Assembly (NCBI GenBank): GCA_963668645.2
Contig: CAXXWC010000020.1
Coordinates: 1 to 64,000 of the forward strand
Length of the DNA stretch: 64,000 nucleotides
Direction: 5' to 3'
Source of the DNA: Desulfobacterales bacterium
GTDB lineage: Bacteria > Desulfobacterota > Desulfobacteria > Desulfobacterales > UBA2174
In this document: piece by piece, positions 49,410 through 60,668 of the stretch
How positions within the stretch are numbered: the first letter of the stretch is position 1
Layout of the letters: each line of letters begins with the position of its first letter
Translations under genes and position numbers: made by a program
The notes under the pieces: model-generated
Told to the model about the DNA's origin: nothing
What the model saw: only the letters and a program-made list of their open reading frames with translations
The model's database searches: none

Positions 49410-49607
49410 TCAAGAATGACGGTGGTGCCCCTCGTCCTTCTTGCCATCGAGGGCACCGCGCAGCCGATTGCGGTCGGCTGCAGTGCGGCGCAGCTCCGCG
49501 GCGACGGCATCGCGGCGTTCGGGAGGTGCCGCCGCCAGTTCTTTTTCAAGACGCTCGACTTCGCGGGTCAGACGGTACAATTCCTGGGCGAGCAGACGAA
49601 TGGACAT
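49410..49607 (-). CDS. Small coiled-coil hypothetical protein
   Basis: MSIRLLAQELYRLTREVERLEKEL...LDGKK. Confidence 0.6.
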   Translation of the reverse strand: MSIRLLAQELYRLTREVERLEKELAAAPPERRDAVAAELRRTAADRNRLRGALDGKKDEGHHRHS

Positions 49608-49779
49608 GAAAAGATGTATCCTTGGGGTACAAGATCCATAAGCAACATTATTCTGCCAAACTAGTGTCCGTCCATAAATGGACACAAACTAACCGCTTCC
49701 CCCGGCCGTGTCCAGCATGGCGGCCGCAAGCGGGCATCAAGGGCGGTGAATCGAAGCAATTCACCGCTGACATCATCCC

Positions 49780-50328
49780 ATGACCAGCGCCACCCGCATC
49801 CCCTGGAATACCCCCCGGTCGTGGGTCCGGGTCAACCGGCGGCTCTCGGCGGCCCTGGCCCTGGCCGGCCCCCGGCTGGCGGATGTCCGCCCGGAAGCCG
49901 CCGATCTTCTGTCCAGGATGACCATCCTGGCCCGGGACCAGCAGCGCCTGGCCGAGACGACCTGCCCCCGCTGTCCGGAGCCCTGCTGCCGGGTGGCCAC
50001 GATCTGGTTCGACCGCCAGGACCTTGTTTTTTTCCACCTTGCCGGCTTGGCTGCGCCCCCGGGCCAGCCGCGGCCGGATCCGGACCGGCCCTGCCGCTAT
50101 CTGGGCCATCGGGGCTGCCGCCTGCCGAGGCTGCGGCGGCCCTGGATCTGCACCCGCTATCTTTGCCCCACGCAACGCCTTCGTTTGAATCGTGAACCCG
50201 GGCCGGACGGCTTGCGGGATATGGGCACCACCGTTAAGGTGCTCACCCAACGGCGGCGACATCTGGCGACTGCAATAACGCAACTCATCGGAACCGCATG
50301 GGAAGGATTCGAAGATGTGGTGCGATGA
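49780..50328 (+). CDS. Cys-rich hypothetical protein (YkgJ/CxxCxxxCC-like)
   Basis: CPRCPEPCC, CRYLGHRGCRL, RPWICTRYLC. Confidence 0.6.
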   Translation: MTSATRIPWNTPRSWVRVNRRLSAALALAGPRLADVRPEAADLLSRMTILARDQQRLAETTCPRCPEPCCRVATIWFDRQDLVFFHLAGLAAPPGQPRPDPDRPCRYLGHRGCRLPRLRRPWICTRYLCPTQRLRLNREPGPDGLRDMGTTVKVLTQRRRHLATAITQLIGTAWEGFEDVVR

Positions 50329-50346
50329 AAAACTTGTTGTTTCGAC

Positions 50347-51120
50347 TTAGCCCCGAGCCATGCCCAGCCGCTGCGCCCCGCAATAGACGCACAACCCGTC
50401 CGCCCCCTGGGGGTTGACCAGGGTCATGTTCATTCGCCGGGCCAGATCCACTGCCATGGCGGTTGGCCGCGAGACGGCCGCCACCAGGGCCACTCCGGCC
50501 CGCACGGCCTTGTTGACCATCTCGAAACTGATCCGCGAAGAAAGCACCAGGACCCGGATGCGATCGAACCCGCCCCCGAGTAAAAGTTTGCCCACCGCCT
50601 TGTCCAGGGCGTTGTGGCGGCCGACATCCTCGGCCACGGCCAGAAAGGCCAGCTGCTGATCGTACAAGGCGGCAGCATGGGCCGCACGGGTGGCGGCCCG
50701 CAGCGGCTGCAAGGCATCCAGGGACTCGAGCAGGCCGCGCAGCGCCCGTGGATCCAGCCGCGGGCCTCCGGCCGGCGGCGCAACCCCGGCCAGCTCGAAA
50801 TCGGGCACCGGCCCGCCGCCGGATGAGGCAAGCCGGTGCAAAAAGGTGTCCCGGCATCCTCCGGCCAGCAAGACGTGGACCGCGGTGCCCCCTTGCCGGG
50901 TTTGGACCGCCGCCAGATCTTGCGGACCGCCGATGAGCCCCTCGCTGAGGCAGTAACCGGCCGCCAAGGCCTCCTGATCGCCCGGGGTGCACAACAGAGT
51001 CGTAAACGGCCTGTCTTCGATCCAAAGGCGCACTGGCGCCTCTGCGATCAGATCACGCGTGCGGGCCTGGGCATCCGTACCCGCTGCGCAGTATACGGCG
51101 CAGGGAATCGTCTGTTTCAT
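50347..51120 (-). CDS. fdhD: Formate dehydrogenase accessory sulfurtransferase
   Basis: AEDVGRHNALDK, SSRISFEMV, SRPTAMAV. Confidence 0.9.
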   Translation of the reverse strand: MKQTIPCAVYCAAGTDAQARTRDLIAEAPVRLWIEDRPFTTLLCTPGDQEALAAGYCLSEGLIGGPQDLAAVQTRQGGTAVHVLLAGGCRDTFLHRLASSGGGPVPDFELAGVAPPAGGPRLDPRALRGLLESLDALQPLRAATRAAHAAALYDQQLAFLAVAEDVGRHNALDKAVGKLLLGGGFDRIRVLVLSSRISFEMVNKAVRAGVALVAAVSRPTAMAVDLARRMNMTLVNPQGADGLCVYCGAQRLGMARG

Positions 51121-51295
51121 GGGCTAAGGTCTCCGGGCCGTCAGTCTTCTCCCCCAGGAGGGCAAAAAACATGGCGGCTCCCCGTGGTTTTATCTTTTTG
51201 CTTGACAAAATATGCCAATCAATTAAATGTAAGCATTTTCGAAATGCATGGAGCGGCGTAATTCGCCATTCTGTTTTTCAAGGAGGAAACAATCG

Positions 51296-51607
51296 ATGTA
51301 CGCTATCGTGGAAACGGGCGGGAAGCAATACAGAACCCAGCCGGGCGAGATCCTGCGGGTCGAAAAGCTGGCCGGCGGGGTCGGAGACGCGGTGGTCTTC
51401 GACAAGGTGCTGATGATCGGCACGGACGAGGATGTGAAGGTCGGCACCCCGACCTTGGACGGCGCTGCGGTTAAAGGTTCCATTGTGGACCAGGGCAAGG
51501 GCCGCAAGATCATCATCTTCAAGTACAAGCGCCGCAAGGGGTACCGCCTGAAAAAGGGCCACCGGCAGCAATTTACGGCGGTGCGCATCGACGCCATCGA
51601 AGCCTGA
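51296..51607 (+). CDS. rplU: 50S ribosomal protein L21
   Basis: MYAIVETGGKQY, KGHRQ. Confidence 0.98.
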   Translation: MYAIVETGGKQYRTQPGEILRVEKLAGGVGDAVVFDKVLMIGTDEDVKVGTPTLDGAAVKGSIVDQGKGRKIIIFKYKRRKGYRLKKGHRQQFTAVRIDAIEA

Positions 51608-51678
51608 TATCAACGGCCTGTAAAAGCAAAAGAATTTCCGGCTATGGCAAATCCCGGCCGGAGTGAGGAGATATCCCC

Positions 51679-51933
51679 ATGGCACATAAAAAAGCGGGCG
51701 GCAGTTCCAAAAATGGCCGCGACAGCCAGGGCCAACGGCGCGGCATCAAGCGTTTTAGCGGCCAGCAGGTCACGGCCGGCAGCATTCTGGTACGCCAGTT
51801 GGGCACCCGAATCCATCCGGGCCAGAATGTCGGACTGGGCAAGGATTACACCCTTTTTGCCACCGTCGACGGTGTTGTGGCTTACGAGCGGATGGGACGT
51901 GCGCGCAAAAGGGTTAGCGTTTATCCCGCGTGA
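51679..51933 (+). CDS. rpmA: 50S ribosomal protein L27
   Basis: [16 protein letters not shown]. Confidence 0.98.
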   Translation: MAHKKAGGSSKNGRDSQGQRRGIKRFSGQQVTAGSILVRQLGTRIHPGQNVGLGKDYTLFATVDGVVAYERMGRARKRVSVYPA

Positions 51934-52928
51934 AATTCATCGATGAAGCGATCGTTACCGTCCAGTCCGGCGACGGTGGTCGGGGATGCGTCAGTTTCCG
52001 GCGCGAGAAGTACGTTCCCCGTGGTGGCCCGGACGGCGGTGACGGCGGCCGCGGCGGCGAGGTGATCCTCGCCGCGCGGGCCGGTCGTCGCACCCTCTAT
52101 CCCTTCCGTTTCCGCAGATTCTTCAAAGCCCCCAACGGCGCTCCGGGCGAAGGCAGCCAGCGCTCGGGCAAATCCGGCACCGACCTGATCGTTGAAGTTC
52201 CACCCGGAACGCTTGTTTTTGATGTCGCTTCCGGCGAGTTGATCAAAGATATGCTGGCCGACGGGGATACGCTCTGCGTGGCCCGCGGCGGCCGCGGCGG
52301 AAAAGGCAACACCCACTTCAAGACCAGCACGCACCAGACCCCACGTTTCGCCCAGCCCGGAGAAGCGGGGGAAACCCGGGAACTGCGCCTGGAGCTCAAG
52401 CTGCTGGCCGATGTGGGCATCATCGGGCTGCCCAACGCGGGCAAATCCACCCTTCTGGCCAGGGTATCGGCAGCCACTCCCAAGATCGCCGATTATCCGT
52501 TCACCACCTTGACGCCCAACCTGGGTGTGATCGCCCCGCCTTTCGGCGGGGAGCCCTTCGTGATGGCGGACATCCCCGGCCTGATCGAGGGCGCTCACAA
52601 GGGCGTGGGACTCGGCACCCGCTTTTTGCGCCACGTGGAACGCACCCGCATCCTGGTCCACCTCATCGACGTGCAATCCGTCGATCCGGACGACCCATTG
52701 CGCGACTGGCGCACGGTCAACGATGAATTGCGCCTCTACGGCCGCCAACTGGTCGAAAAACCGCAGGTTGTGGCCTTGAACAAGGTCGACCTGAGCGACG
52801 CGGAACAGAAAGTCGCCGCCTTTCGCAAGGCCTTCACCGAGGCTCCCGTGATCGGCATTTCGGCCGCGACCGGAGCCGGAATCCGCGAACTCCTGGGCCG
52901 CATCGTTGCCGCGCTGGAAAACACGTAA
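51930..52928 (+). CDS. obgE: GTPase ObgE/CgtA
   Basis: [31 protein letters not shown]. Confidence 0.97.
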   Translation: MKFIDEAIVTVQSGDGGRGCVSFRREKYVPRGGPDGGDGGRGGEVILAARAGRRTLYPFRFRRFFKAPNGAPGEGSQRSGKSGTDLIVEVPPGTLVFDVASGELIKDMLADGDTLCVARGGRGGKGNTHFKTSTHQTPRFAQPGEAGETRELRLELKLLADVGIIGLPNAGKSTLLARVSAATPKIADYPFTTLTPNLGVIAPPFGGEPFVMADIPGLIEGAHKGVGLGTRFLRHVERTRILVHLIDVQSVDPDDPLRDWRTVNDELRLYGRQLVEKPQVVALNKVDLSDAEQKVAAFRKAFTEAPVIGISAATGAGIRELLGRIVAALENT

Positions 52929-52966
52929 CCGGCAAAGAGGCCTAGCGTTTCGGCAGGGGCCTACAC

Positions 52967-53674
52967 TTGAAACCGCTACACCATACCCGTCCCCCAGCGG
53001 CTCCAGCCCGGCGCATCGGGCTTTTCGGCGGCACCTTTGATCCCATCCACCTGGGGCACATGGAGGTGGCCGACGCCGCGCGCCGGCGCTTCGAACTGGA
53101 CGAGATTTGTCTCGTACCGTCGGCCCAGCCCCCCCACAAGCGGCCCATCCCGGCAGCCGCTCCGGCCGATCGGCTGGCCATGGTACGCCTGGCGGCCGCC
53201 GGACGGGCGGGTTTCAGCGTATCTGCGGTGGAGCTGGAAAGAGAGGGGCCGTCGTACACCATCGAAACCATCACCCAGGTCAAAAACGGTGGCGCCCCAA
53301 ACGCGGCACTTTTCTTTCTGATCGGATACGACGCCTTCCTTGAGTTGAACACCTGGAAGGCTTATAATGCCATCTTGCAACAAGTGGATCTGATCGTTTT
53401 GGCCCGGGCCCGATTTTGCAGCCAAGATCTGGATTCGGCCATCACGGCCTTAAAACGCTATATCCACCGGCACCTTGACCCCGGATATCGCTGGGACGGC
53501 CAACGCTTCGGATTCGTTCACCCAGAGCTGCGCACGATCTATTTTTTCGACGGCCCGCGGCTGAACATCTCGGCCACCGAAATCCGCCGGCGCCTCGGTC
53601 AGGGGTTGCCGGTGGGCACCCTCGTACCGGCAGCGGTTGCCGGCTACATCGAACAAAAAGGACTTTATCGATGA
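52967..53674 (+). CDS. nadD: Nicotinate-nucleotide adenylyltransferase
   Basis: GGTFDPIHLGH, PPHK, ISATEIR. Confidence 0.95.
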   Translation: MKPLHHTRPPAAPARRIGLFGGTFDPIHLGHMEVADAARRRFELDEICLVPSAQPPHKRPIPAAAPADRLAMVRLAAAGRAGFSVSAVELEREGPSYTIETITQVKNGGAPNAALFFLIGYDAFLELNTWKAYNAILQQVDLIVLARARFCSQDLDSAITALKRYIHRHLDPGYRWDGQRFGFVHPELRTIYFFDGPRLNISATEIRRRLGQGLPVGTLVPAAVAGYIEQKGLYR

Positions 53675-54069
53675 ACGTGGAAATCGATCCGCAACTCGAC
53701 CTTTTCGTCCAGGCCGCACTGGCCAAGAAGGCCGAGCGCATCGTGCTTCTCGACGTGCGCGAAAAAACCGCCATCGCCGATGTCTTTCTGATCTGCTCGG
53801 GCCGCAGCAGCCGCCAGGTCGAGGCCATTGCCGAACACGTGGCCATAACGATGAAAGGCCACGGGATACGCCCGCTGAGCACCGAGGGGGTCAAGGAAGG
53901 CCATTGGGCCCTGATCGATTACGGTCATATCCTGGTACACGTGTTCCATGAGCCGGTGCGCCAGTTCTACGACCTGGACGGGCTGTGGATCGACGCCCCC
54001 CGTCTCAACACCCCCAGCCTGCCCAGGATCCTCTCACGCCCCAAGGAGATTGAAGAATATGTCGAATAG
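53671..54069 (+). CDS. rsfS: Ribosome silencing factor
   Basis: [27 protein letters not shown]. Confidence 0.95.
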   Translation: MNVEIDPQLDLFVQAALAKKAERIVLLDVREKTAIADVFLICSGRSSRQVEAIAEHVAITMKGHGIRPLSTEGVKEGHWALIDYGHILVHVFHEPVRQFYDLDGLWIDAPRLNTPSLPRILSRPKEIEEYVE

Positions 54070-55612
54070 CCCCCGACCTTGCATGCTGATCATCCTGGAC
54101 GGCTGGGGCCTCAACCCCGACAAAACGGGAAACGCCGTGGCCCAGGCCCGCACGCCGGTCCTCGACCGGCTGGCAGCCGAATACCCCGCCACCCGGCTCA
54201 AAACCTGCGGGCCGGATGTGGGCCTGCCGGACGGCATCATGGGCAACAGCGAGGTGGGGCATCTGAACATCGGCGCGGGCCGCATCGTTTACCAGGACCT
54301 GTTGCGCATCGACCGGGCCATCGAGGATGGCAGCTTTTTCCGCAATCCGGCCCTTTCACAGCTCATGGACGATCTTAAGGCCGGCGGCGGGCGGCTCCAC
54401 CTTTTGGGGCTGGTTTCCGACGGCGGGGTGCACAGCCAGTTGACCCACCTGCTCGCATTGCTGGACATGGCCCGGCAGCGAAACGTTCCGCATACGCTCG
54501 TTCACGCCATCACCGACGGCCGGGACACGGCGCCGGACGGTGGCGCCGGTTATCTGCAAAAGGTTCAAACCCATATCGTTGAGCACGGCTACGGCCGCAT
54601 CGCATCGGTCTGCGGCCGCTACTTCGCCATGGATCGCGACCAGCGCTGGGACCGCACCGCAAAAGCCTGGAACCTCTACCTGCACGGCGAGGGACGCACG
54701 GCCGGCGACCCTGTCGCGGCGGTGCGCAGCGCCTACGATCGCAACGAGACGGACGAATTCATCCAGCCCATCGCCATCACCGGCGCCGGCAAGCCGTACG
54801 AGGGGATCGTACGCGACGGCGACGGAATCGTGTTTTTCAATTTTCGCGCCGACCGGGCGCGCCAGCTCACCCGGGCCTTTACCGTAGATGGATTCGACGG
54901 CTTCGAGCGCAAAGAACGTCCCCGTTTGGCCGGCTTTGTCACCATGACCCTTTACGATGAGCACTTCACCGTTCCGGTGGCCTTCCAGCCCGAGCACCTG
55001 GACAACATCCTGGGCGAAGTGGTGAGCCGCAACGGTTTACGCCAGCTTCGGATCGCGGAAACGGAAAAGTACGCCCATGTCACCTATTTCTTCAACGGCG
55101 GTGAGGAAACGGCCTTCGAAGGCGAGGACCGCTGCCTGATCCCCTCGCCACGCGATGTGCCGACCTATGACTACAAGCCGGAGATGAGCGCCGAGGCCGT
55201 GACCGACGAAGTGCTGCGGCGCATCGACAGTGGCACCTACGACCTGATCGTTCTCAACTTCGCCAACATGGACATGGTCGGCCATACCGGCATTATGGAG
55301 GCGGCGGTGCGCGCCTGTGAGACGGTGGACCGCTCCGTAGGCCGTATCGTCGAAAAACTGCGGCAAAAGGGCGGGGCCGCCCTGATCACCGCCGATCATG
55401 GCAACGCCGAGCGGATGCGCGACAAAGACGGCCATCCCCACACGGCCCACACGCTCAACCCGGTACGGGTGATTCTGGTCGACGAGGGCCGAAAATCGGC
55501 CCTCTTGCGGCCCATGGGGCGCCTGGCGGACATTGCGCCCACATTGCTCGAACTGCTGGGCATCGGCCAACCGGACGAGATGACCGGCCAATCCCTGATC
55601 GAGAAAGGCTGA
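54059..55612 (+). CDS. gpmI: 2,3-BPG-independent phosphoglycerate mutase
   Basis: [37 protein letters not shown]. Confidence 0.97.
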   Translation: MSNSPRPCMLIILDGWGLNPDKTGNAVAQARTPVLDRLAAEYPATRLKTCGPDVGLPDGIMGNSEVGHLNIGAGRIVYQDLLRIDRAIEDGSFFRNPALSQLMDDLKAGGGRLHLLGLVSDGGVHSQLTHLLALLDMARQRNVPHTLVHAITDGRDTAPDGGAGYLQKVQTHIVEHGYGRIASVCGRYFAMDRDQRWDRTAKAWNLYLHGEGRTAGDPVAAVRSAYDRNETDEFIQPIAITGAGKPYEGIVRDGDGIVFFNFRADRARQLTRAFTVDGFDGFERKERPRLAGFVTMTLYDEHFTVPVAFQPEHLDNILGEVVSRNGLRQLRIAETEKYAHVTYFFNGGEETAFEGEDRCLIPSPRDVPTYDYKPEMSAEAVTDEVLRRIDSGTYDLIVLNFANMDMVGHTGIMEAAVRACETVDRSVGRIVEKLRQKGGAALITADHGNAERMRDKDGHPHTAHTLNPVRVILVDEGRKSALLRPMGRLADIAPTLLELLGIGQPDEMTGQSLIEKG

Positions 55613-55616
55613 CCCC

Positions 55617-56159
55617 ATGCCGAAGGATCTCCGGACCGATCCTGTCGCGACCTGCCACGACTTCATTACCGGCCGTCTGGTTCCCGATGCGGGCGCTGAG
55701 GCCAACCGTCAGGCGGTGGAACGGCTTCTGGTGGAACAAAAAGGCTATGCGGTCGAAGAGATTGAAGTGGACGTGCCGCTTGACGTCACCATCGAGGGGG
55801 AAACCTACCACGGCCGCGTCGATCTGGTGGTGGCTCTCGGGGGCCGGCGCCAGATGGCGATCAAGTGCGCCGCGGGTTCTCTCGACTCGCGCCAACGCGA
55901 GATCCTGGCCGCCGCGCGGCTGTTGGATCCCGGCCGTACCCTGCCCCTGGCCGTTGCCAGCAACGGCGCAGACGCCGTCGTATGGGAGGCGCAGACCGGC
56001 AAGGAGATCGCTTGCGGGCCGGCCGCCATCCCGGATCGGGCCGCCCTGGCGGCCGCCTTCGGCACCTGCGACCTGCCCCCTCTCGATGAGCGGCGCCTGG
56101 CAAGAGAGCGGATCGTGTTTCGTTCCTACGACAGCATGAACGTCAACCAGCCGCGCTGA
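55617..56159 (+). CDS. Stand-alone type I restriction HsdR N-terminal-like (PD-D/ExK) domain protein
   Basis: EANRQAVERLLVEQKGY, RVDLVV, IKC, SNG. Confidence 0.6.
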   Translation: MPKDLRTDPVATCHDFITGRLVPDAGAEANRQAVERLLVEQKGYAVEEIEVDVPLDVTIEGETYHGRVDLVVALGGRRQMAIKCAAGSLDSRQREILAAARLLDPGRTLPLAVASNGADAVVWEAQTGKEIACGPAAIPDRAALAAAFGTCDLPPLDERRLARERIVFRSYDSMNVNQPR

Positions 56160-56197
56160 TCCGACCGGCCAGGGCAAGGCCTTCATGCTCCCACCGG

Positions 56198-57244
56198 TTA
56201 GTCGTTCTGGCTTTCGATCCCATCGCCGGCCGCCGGGATTTGTCGCGGCGATAAAAGGTCTGCAAAATAGGCTTCGACCGCCATCAACGCCTCGGCCCGG
56301 GTCTGCAGCTGTTTGATCCTTTCGCGAAAAGCGCCGGCCCGCGGCAGCCCCTTGACGAACCAGCCCAGGCGGCTGCGCAGCATGCGGCAGCCGACACCTT
56401 CGCCGCAATAGGCGACCGTATCGACGATGTAGCGGCGCATGGCATCGCCGCGCTGCTGGACCGTCGCCTCGGTAAAAGTCCCCGTCGCCAAAAGGCTGTT
56501 GATCTGCCCGAAAAGCCAGGGATTGCCGATGGCCGCGCGGCCGATCATCACCGCATCGCAGCCGGTTTCGGCCAGCATGCGCAGGGCATCCTGGGGCACG
56601 GCGATGTCGCCGTTGCCGATCACCGGAATCTTTGCCTGCGCCTTGATGCGGCCGATCAGCGGCCAGTCGGCCTTTCCGGAAAAGCCCTGGGACGCGGTGC
56701 GCGGATGAACCGCCAAGGCATCCACCCCGCAATCGACGGCGATGCGCGCGATTTCGACGGCCTGCTCTCCCGAGGCGCTCCAGCCGCTGCGGATCTTGAT
56801 CGTCAGCGGGATGGCCACGGCCCGGCGCACCGCGGTCAAAACGGCCGCCGCCCGCTGCGCCTCGCGCATCAGGGCCACACCGGCGCCGGTTTTGACGATC
56901 TTGCGCACACTGCAACCGAAGTTGATATCGAGGATGTCCGCGCCGGCATCGGCCACCATTCGGGCCGCCTGGGCCATGATTGCCGGTTCGGCGCCGAAGA
57001 GCTGGATCGAAATCGGTCGCTCCGCCGGATCGCTTTCAAGCATGGCGTGGGTCTTACGCGATTGATGGACCAGCCCGTTGGCGCTGACCATCTCCGCGCA
57101 GACCAGACCTGCGCCCCAGGTCTTGGCCAACAGGCGCAAAGGCAGGTTGGTAATGCCGGCCAGGGGCGCCAAGACCGTCCGGGACGGTATGGATACCGCA
57201 CCGATCGACCAGCCCCGGGATGCATCAGGAGATTCGAGCTTCAA
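56198..57244 (-). CDS. dusB: tRNA-dihydrouridine synthase B
   Basis: LAPLAG, DINFGC, KIRSGW, HPRT, GNGDI, IGRAAIGNPW; start uncertain. Confidence 0.92.
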   Translation of the reverse strand: MKLESPDASRGWSIGAVSIPSRTVLAPLAGITNLPLRLLAKTWGAGLVCAEMVSANGLVHQSRKTHAMLESDPAERPISIQLFGAEPAIMAQAARMVADAGADILDINFGCSVRKIVKTGAGVALMREAQRAAAVLTAVRRAVAIPLTIKIRSGWSASGEQAVEIARIAVDCGVDALAVHPRTASQGFSGKADWPLIGRIKAQAKIPVIGNGDIAVPQDALRMLAETGCDAVMIGRAAIGNPWLFGQINSLLATGTFTEATVQQRGDAMRRYIVDTVAYCGEGVGCRMLRSRLGWFVKGLPRAGAFRERIKQLQTRAEALMAVEAYFADLLSPRQIPAAGDGIESQND

Positions 57245-57373
57245 GCTAATACCCTTAAAAACGAACCGTTATGCATGTTGAACACTTTGGCCAAAGACCC
57301 GGCACCATAGCCCAAAGCCCTTGGCTGGGTCACCTTTTTTCTTCTTTTGCAAAGATAACGCCCCCGGTTGGAA

Positions 57374-57402
57374 TTGACACTGCCTGCGGCCTTATCTATA
57401 GT
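57374..57402 (+). promoter_or_regulatory. Sigma70-type promoter of the nucleoside ABC operon
   Basis: TTGACA-N17-TATAGT. Confidence 0.7.
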
Positions 57403-57503
57403 TTTTTATTTTAACCGAATCTCTGGCCCTCTTCAATCCAACGCCGGTGGCGTTCACGGCGGCCCAAAAGCCCCGCCACCGGCATCCTGCAAGGAGAAAA
57501 TCG

Positions 57504-58568
57504 ATGCGCAAGGTACTGATGCTGGTCTTGTGTCTAGGGTTGGCGGCGATCACCGGAATCCCGGCGGCTACGGCCAAAGAGATGCAAGTCGGATTCATTT
57601 ACGTATCGCCGGTGGGTGATGCCGGTTGGTCCTATGCCCACGACCTTGGAAGGCAGGCGATCGAATCACTTCCCGGCGTGAAAACGGCCTATGTCGAAGC
57701 CGTGGCAGAAGGGCCGGATTCAGAACGGGTCATGCTCAACATGGCGCGCAAAGGGTATGATCTGATCTTTGCCACCAGCTACGGCTACATGGATTCGATG
57801 CTCAAAGTGGCCGGGCAGTTTCCCAAGACCGTCTTCATGCACTGTTCAGGATACAAGCTGGCGCCCAACATGGGCAATTATTTCGGCCGCATCTACCAGG
57901 CGCGCTACCTGACCGGAATGGTGGCCGGCGCCATGACCCGCAGCAAGCAGATCGGTTATGTGGCGGCTTTCCCGATCCCCGAGGTCATCCGGGGGATCAA
58001 CGCCTTCACCCTGGGGGTTCGGGCCGTCAATCCTGAGACTTCGGTAAGGGTGGTGTGGACCAAGACCTGGTACGACCCGGCCACCGAGAAAGAGGCGGCC
58101 AAGAGCCTCCTGGACGTCAACTGCGACGTGATCGCCCAACATCAAGACAGCCCGGGCCCTCAGGAAGCGGCCCAGGAACACGGCGCCTATTCGATCGGCT
58201 ACGACACCGACATGGCGGCTTTCGCTCCCAAGGCCCACCTGACCGCAGCCATCTGGAACTGGGCACCCTTCTATAGCGAAGTGGTCGAAAGCGTGCGCAA
58301 CGGCACCTGGAAGAGCACATCGACCTGGCCGGGGCTGGAAAAAGGCATCGTCGATATCGCGCCTTTCGGTTCCATGGTTCCCGAAGCGGTCAGGACCCGG
58401 GTGCAGGCTGAAAAGGCCCGCATTGCCGGCGGTGAAGATCACATCTTTCGCGGCCCCATCAAAGACCAACAGGGCAACCTGAAGATCGCGGCCGGTGAAA
58501 AAGCCTCCGATCAATCGCTGCTCGGCATGACCTGGTTCGTCGAGGGCGTGATCGGAACCACCGAATGA
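57504..58568 (+). CDS. BMP-family ABC substrate-binding protein (purine/nucleoside)
   Basis: VGFIYVSPVGDAGWSYAHDLGR, PIPEVIRGINAF, QHQDS. Confidence 0.92.
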   Translation: MRKVLMLVLCLGLAAITGIPAATAKEMQVGFIYVSPVGDAGWSYAHDLGRQAIESLPGVKTAYVEAVAEGPDSERVMLNMARKGYDLIFATSYGYMDSMLKVAGQFPKTVFMHCSGYKLAPNMGNYFGRIYQARYLTGMVAGAMTRSKQIGYVAAFPIPEVIRGINAFTLGVRAVNPETSVRVVWTKTWYDPATEKEAAKSLLDVNCDVIAQHQDSPGPQEAAQEHGAYSIGYDTDMAAFAPKAHLTAAIWNWAPFYSEVVESVRNGTWKSTSTWPGLEKGIVDIAPFGSMVPEAVRTRVQAEKARIAGGEDHIFRGPIKDQQGNLKIAAGEKASDQSLLGMTWFVEGVIGTTE

Positions 58569-58641
58569 CCAGCATGGCGGCGGCTCGATCCGGGGCCGCC
58601 GCCATCCGTCTTTTCACTCCTGCCCGCCGGCTTGACGGTGC

Positions 58642-59721
58642 ATGATGGGCCATGGCTTGATCCCCTTTAGCGTCCATAAACGACCGGTACCCCTGACGTG
58701 GCCCGCCTTGTTGATTTTGGCCGCGGCCCTCGGATTTTCCCTCATCATCAGCGCCCTTTTGCTCCACTGGCAGGAAAAGCCCGCTCTGAGCGCTTTAGGC
58801 CTGCTGTTCGAGGGCGCCTTTGGTTCGCTGCACGCCCTGGAAGACTGTACCATTAAAGCCGTGCCCATCTTTCTGTGCAGCCTTGGCGTCGCGGTGGCTT
58901 TCCGGCTCCAGATCTGGAATATCGGTGCCGAAGGACAGTACGCCATGGGAGCCATCGGGGCCACCTGGGTTGTGCTTGCCTTTCCCCACTGGCCCGCATA
59001 TCTGCTCTTGCCAGCCATGCTTTTCGCCTCGGCCTTGGCCGGCGGCATCTGCGGGCTGATTCCGGCCCTGCTCAAGGTCCATTTCAAGACCAACGAAATC
59101 ATCGTTTCGCTGATGCTCAACTACATCTGCATCCTTTTTCTGGAGTATCTGGTCTACGGGCCCTGGAAGGACCCGGTGAGCTTCGGTTTTCCCATGACCC
59201 CGGTCTTTCCCGCCGCGGCCATCGTAAAAACCATCGGCGATACCCGGTTGAACTGGGGATTGCTGCTGTGCCTGGCTTCGGCCGCCGGGTTCTGGCTCTT
59301 TTTCCGTTTTACGCGCCTGGGCTACGAATTGACCGTCAGCGGCGAAAGCCTTGCGGCGGCCCGCTATGCCCACCTGCCCTATCGGCGCCTGGTGGTTACG
59401 GTCATGATCGTCAGTGGCGCTTTGGCCGGATGGGCCGGATTTTTGGAAGCCTCGGCCACCCTCAACCGCCTCCAGCCGAGCATCATGGTCGGTTATGGCT
59501 ACACCGCCATCGTTGTAGCCTGGCTGGCCCGGCTCCACCCGGCCAGCATCGCTGCGGCCAGCTTCCTGCTCGCCGGGCTGAGGGTCGGCGTTGAAAACTT
59601 GCAGCTCGAAATGCAAATACCCGCCGCTTTCGGCGGCATCATGGAGGGTGTTATTCTGCTGACCGTACTGGCCGGAGGTCTCTTCGGGCACTACCGCATC
59701 CGCTGGCGGGGGCTACCATGA
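58642..59721 (+). CDS. Nucleoside ABC permease 1
   Basis: WNIGAEGQ, NEIIVSLMLNY, GYGYTAIVVAWL. Confidence 0.9.
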   Translation: MMGHGLIPFSVHKRPVPLTWPALLILAAALGFSLIISALLLHWQEKPALSALGLLFEGAFGSLHALEDCTIKAVPIFLCSLGVAVAFRLQIWNIGAEGQYAMGAIGATWVVLAFPHWPAYLLLPAMLFASALAGGICGLIPALLKVHFKTNEIIVSLMLNYICILFLEYLVYGPWKDPVSFGFPMTPVFPAAAIVKTIGDTRLNWGLLLCLASAAGFWLFFRFTRLGYELTVSGESLAAARYAHLPYRRLVVTVMIVSGALAGWAGFLEASATLNRLQPSIMVGYGYTAIVVAWLARLHPASIAAASFLLAGLRVGVENLQLEMQIPAAFGGIMEGVILLTVLAGGLFGHYRIRWRGLP

Positions 59722-60638
59722 ACGTGGAGATGATCCTGCCGCTGCTGGCCGCCACCGTTCAAACCGGGACCCCGATCCTTTATGCCACCTTGGGGGAAAT
59801 CGTTACCGAGCGCTCCGGAATTCTCAACCTCGGGGTCGAGGGCATCATGATGGTCGGAGCCCTGGCCGCCTATATCTGCGCCCTGCTCAGCGGCGATGCC
59901 TGGCTCGGATTCGCCGCCGGAGCCGGCTGCGGGGCTGTTCTGGCATGCATTCACGGATTGGTATGCATCGTTTTTCGCGGCAATCAGGTCGTCTCCGGAC
60001 TGGCATTGACGATCCTTGGGAGCGGGCTGGCCAATTTCCTCGGCACCCCTTATATCGGAAAAAGCATACCCGGTTTTCAACGCTTCAGCCTGCCGTTGGT
60101 CGAGCAGATCCCCATTCTGGGACCGATCTTTTTCCGTCAGGACCTGTTGGTCTACCTTTCCTATCTCGCCCCGCTTATCGTTTGGATCGCCCTTGAACGC
60201 ACCGCCTGGGGGCTGAATTTGCGGGCGGTGGGCGAGGCTCCGGATGCGGTCGAGGCGGCGGGGCTTTCCGTTTCTTTTCTGCGCTGGAGCGGGGTTTTCA
60301 TCGGCGGCGGCCTCATGGGGGCCGGCGGGGCCTACCTCTCTTTGGCCTACACCCATCTTTGGACCACCGGTCTGGTGGCCGGGCGTGGCTGGATCGCGGT
60401 GGCCCTGGTTATTTTTGCCTTCTGGCGCCCCGGCCGTGCCGTACTCGGCGCTTATCTTTTCGGCGGTGTCATGGCCTTCCAGTTCCGCTTGCAGGCACTG
60501 GGAACCAACCTGCCCTCATCACTGCTTTTGATGCTGCCCTATGGGCTGACCATCGTCGTTCTGGTTGCAGCCAGCATCCGTTTCGGCAGCCATGCGGCCC
60601 CCGCGGCTCTTGGCATCAACCACGAACCGCAGGATTGA
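59718..60638 (+). CDS. Nucleoside ABC permease 2
   Basis: ERSGILNLGVEG, AGRGWIAVALV, LPYGLT. Confidence 0.92.
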   Translation: MNVEMILPLLAATVQTGTPILYATLGEIVTERSGILNLGVEGIMMVGALAAYICALLSGDAWLGFAAGAGCGAVLACIHGLVCIVFRGNQVVSGLALTILGSGLANFLGTPYIGKSIPGFQRFSLPLVEQIPILGPIFFRQDLLVYLSYLAPLIVWIALERTAWGLNLRAVGEAPDAVEAAGLSVSFLRWSGVFIGGGLMGAGGAYLSLAYTHLWTTGLVAGRGWIAVALVIFAFWRPGRAVLGAYLFGGVMAFQFRLQALGTNLPSSLLLMLPYGLTIVVLVAASIRFGSHAAPAALGINHEPQD

Positions 60639-60668
60639 TTTTCGCATGCCATCTGCAAGGAAAACGTC

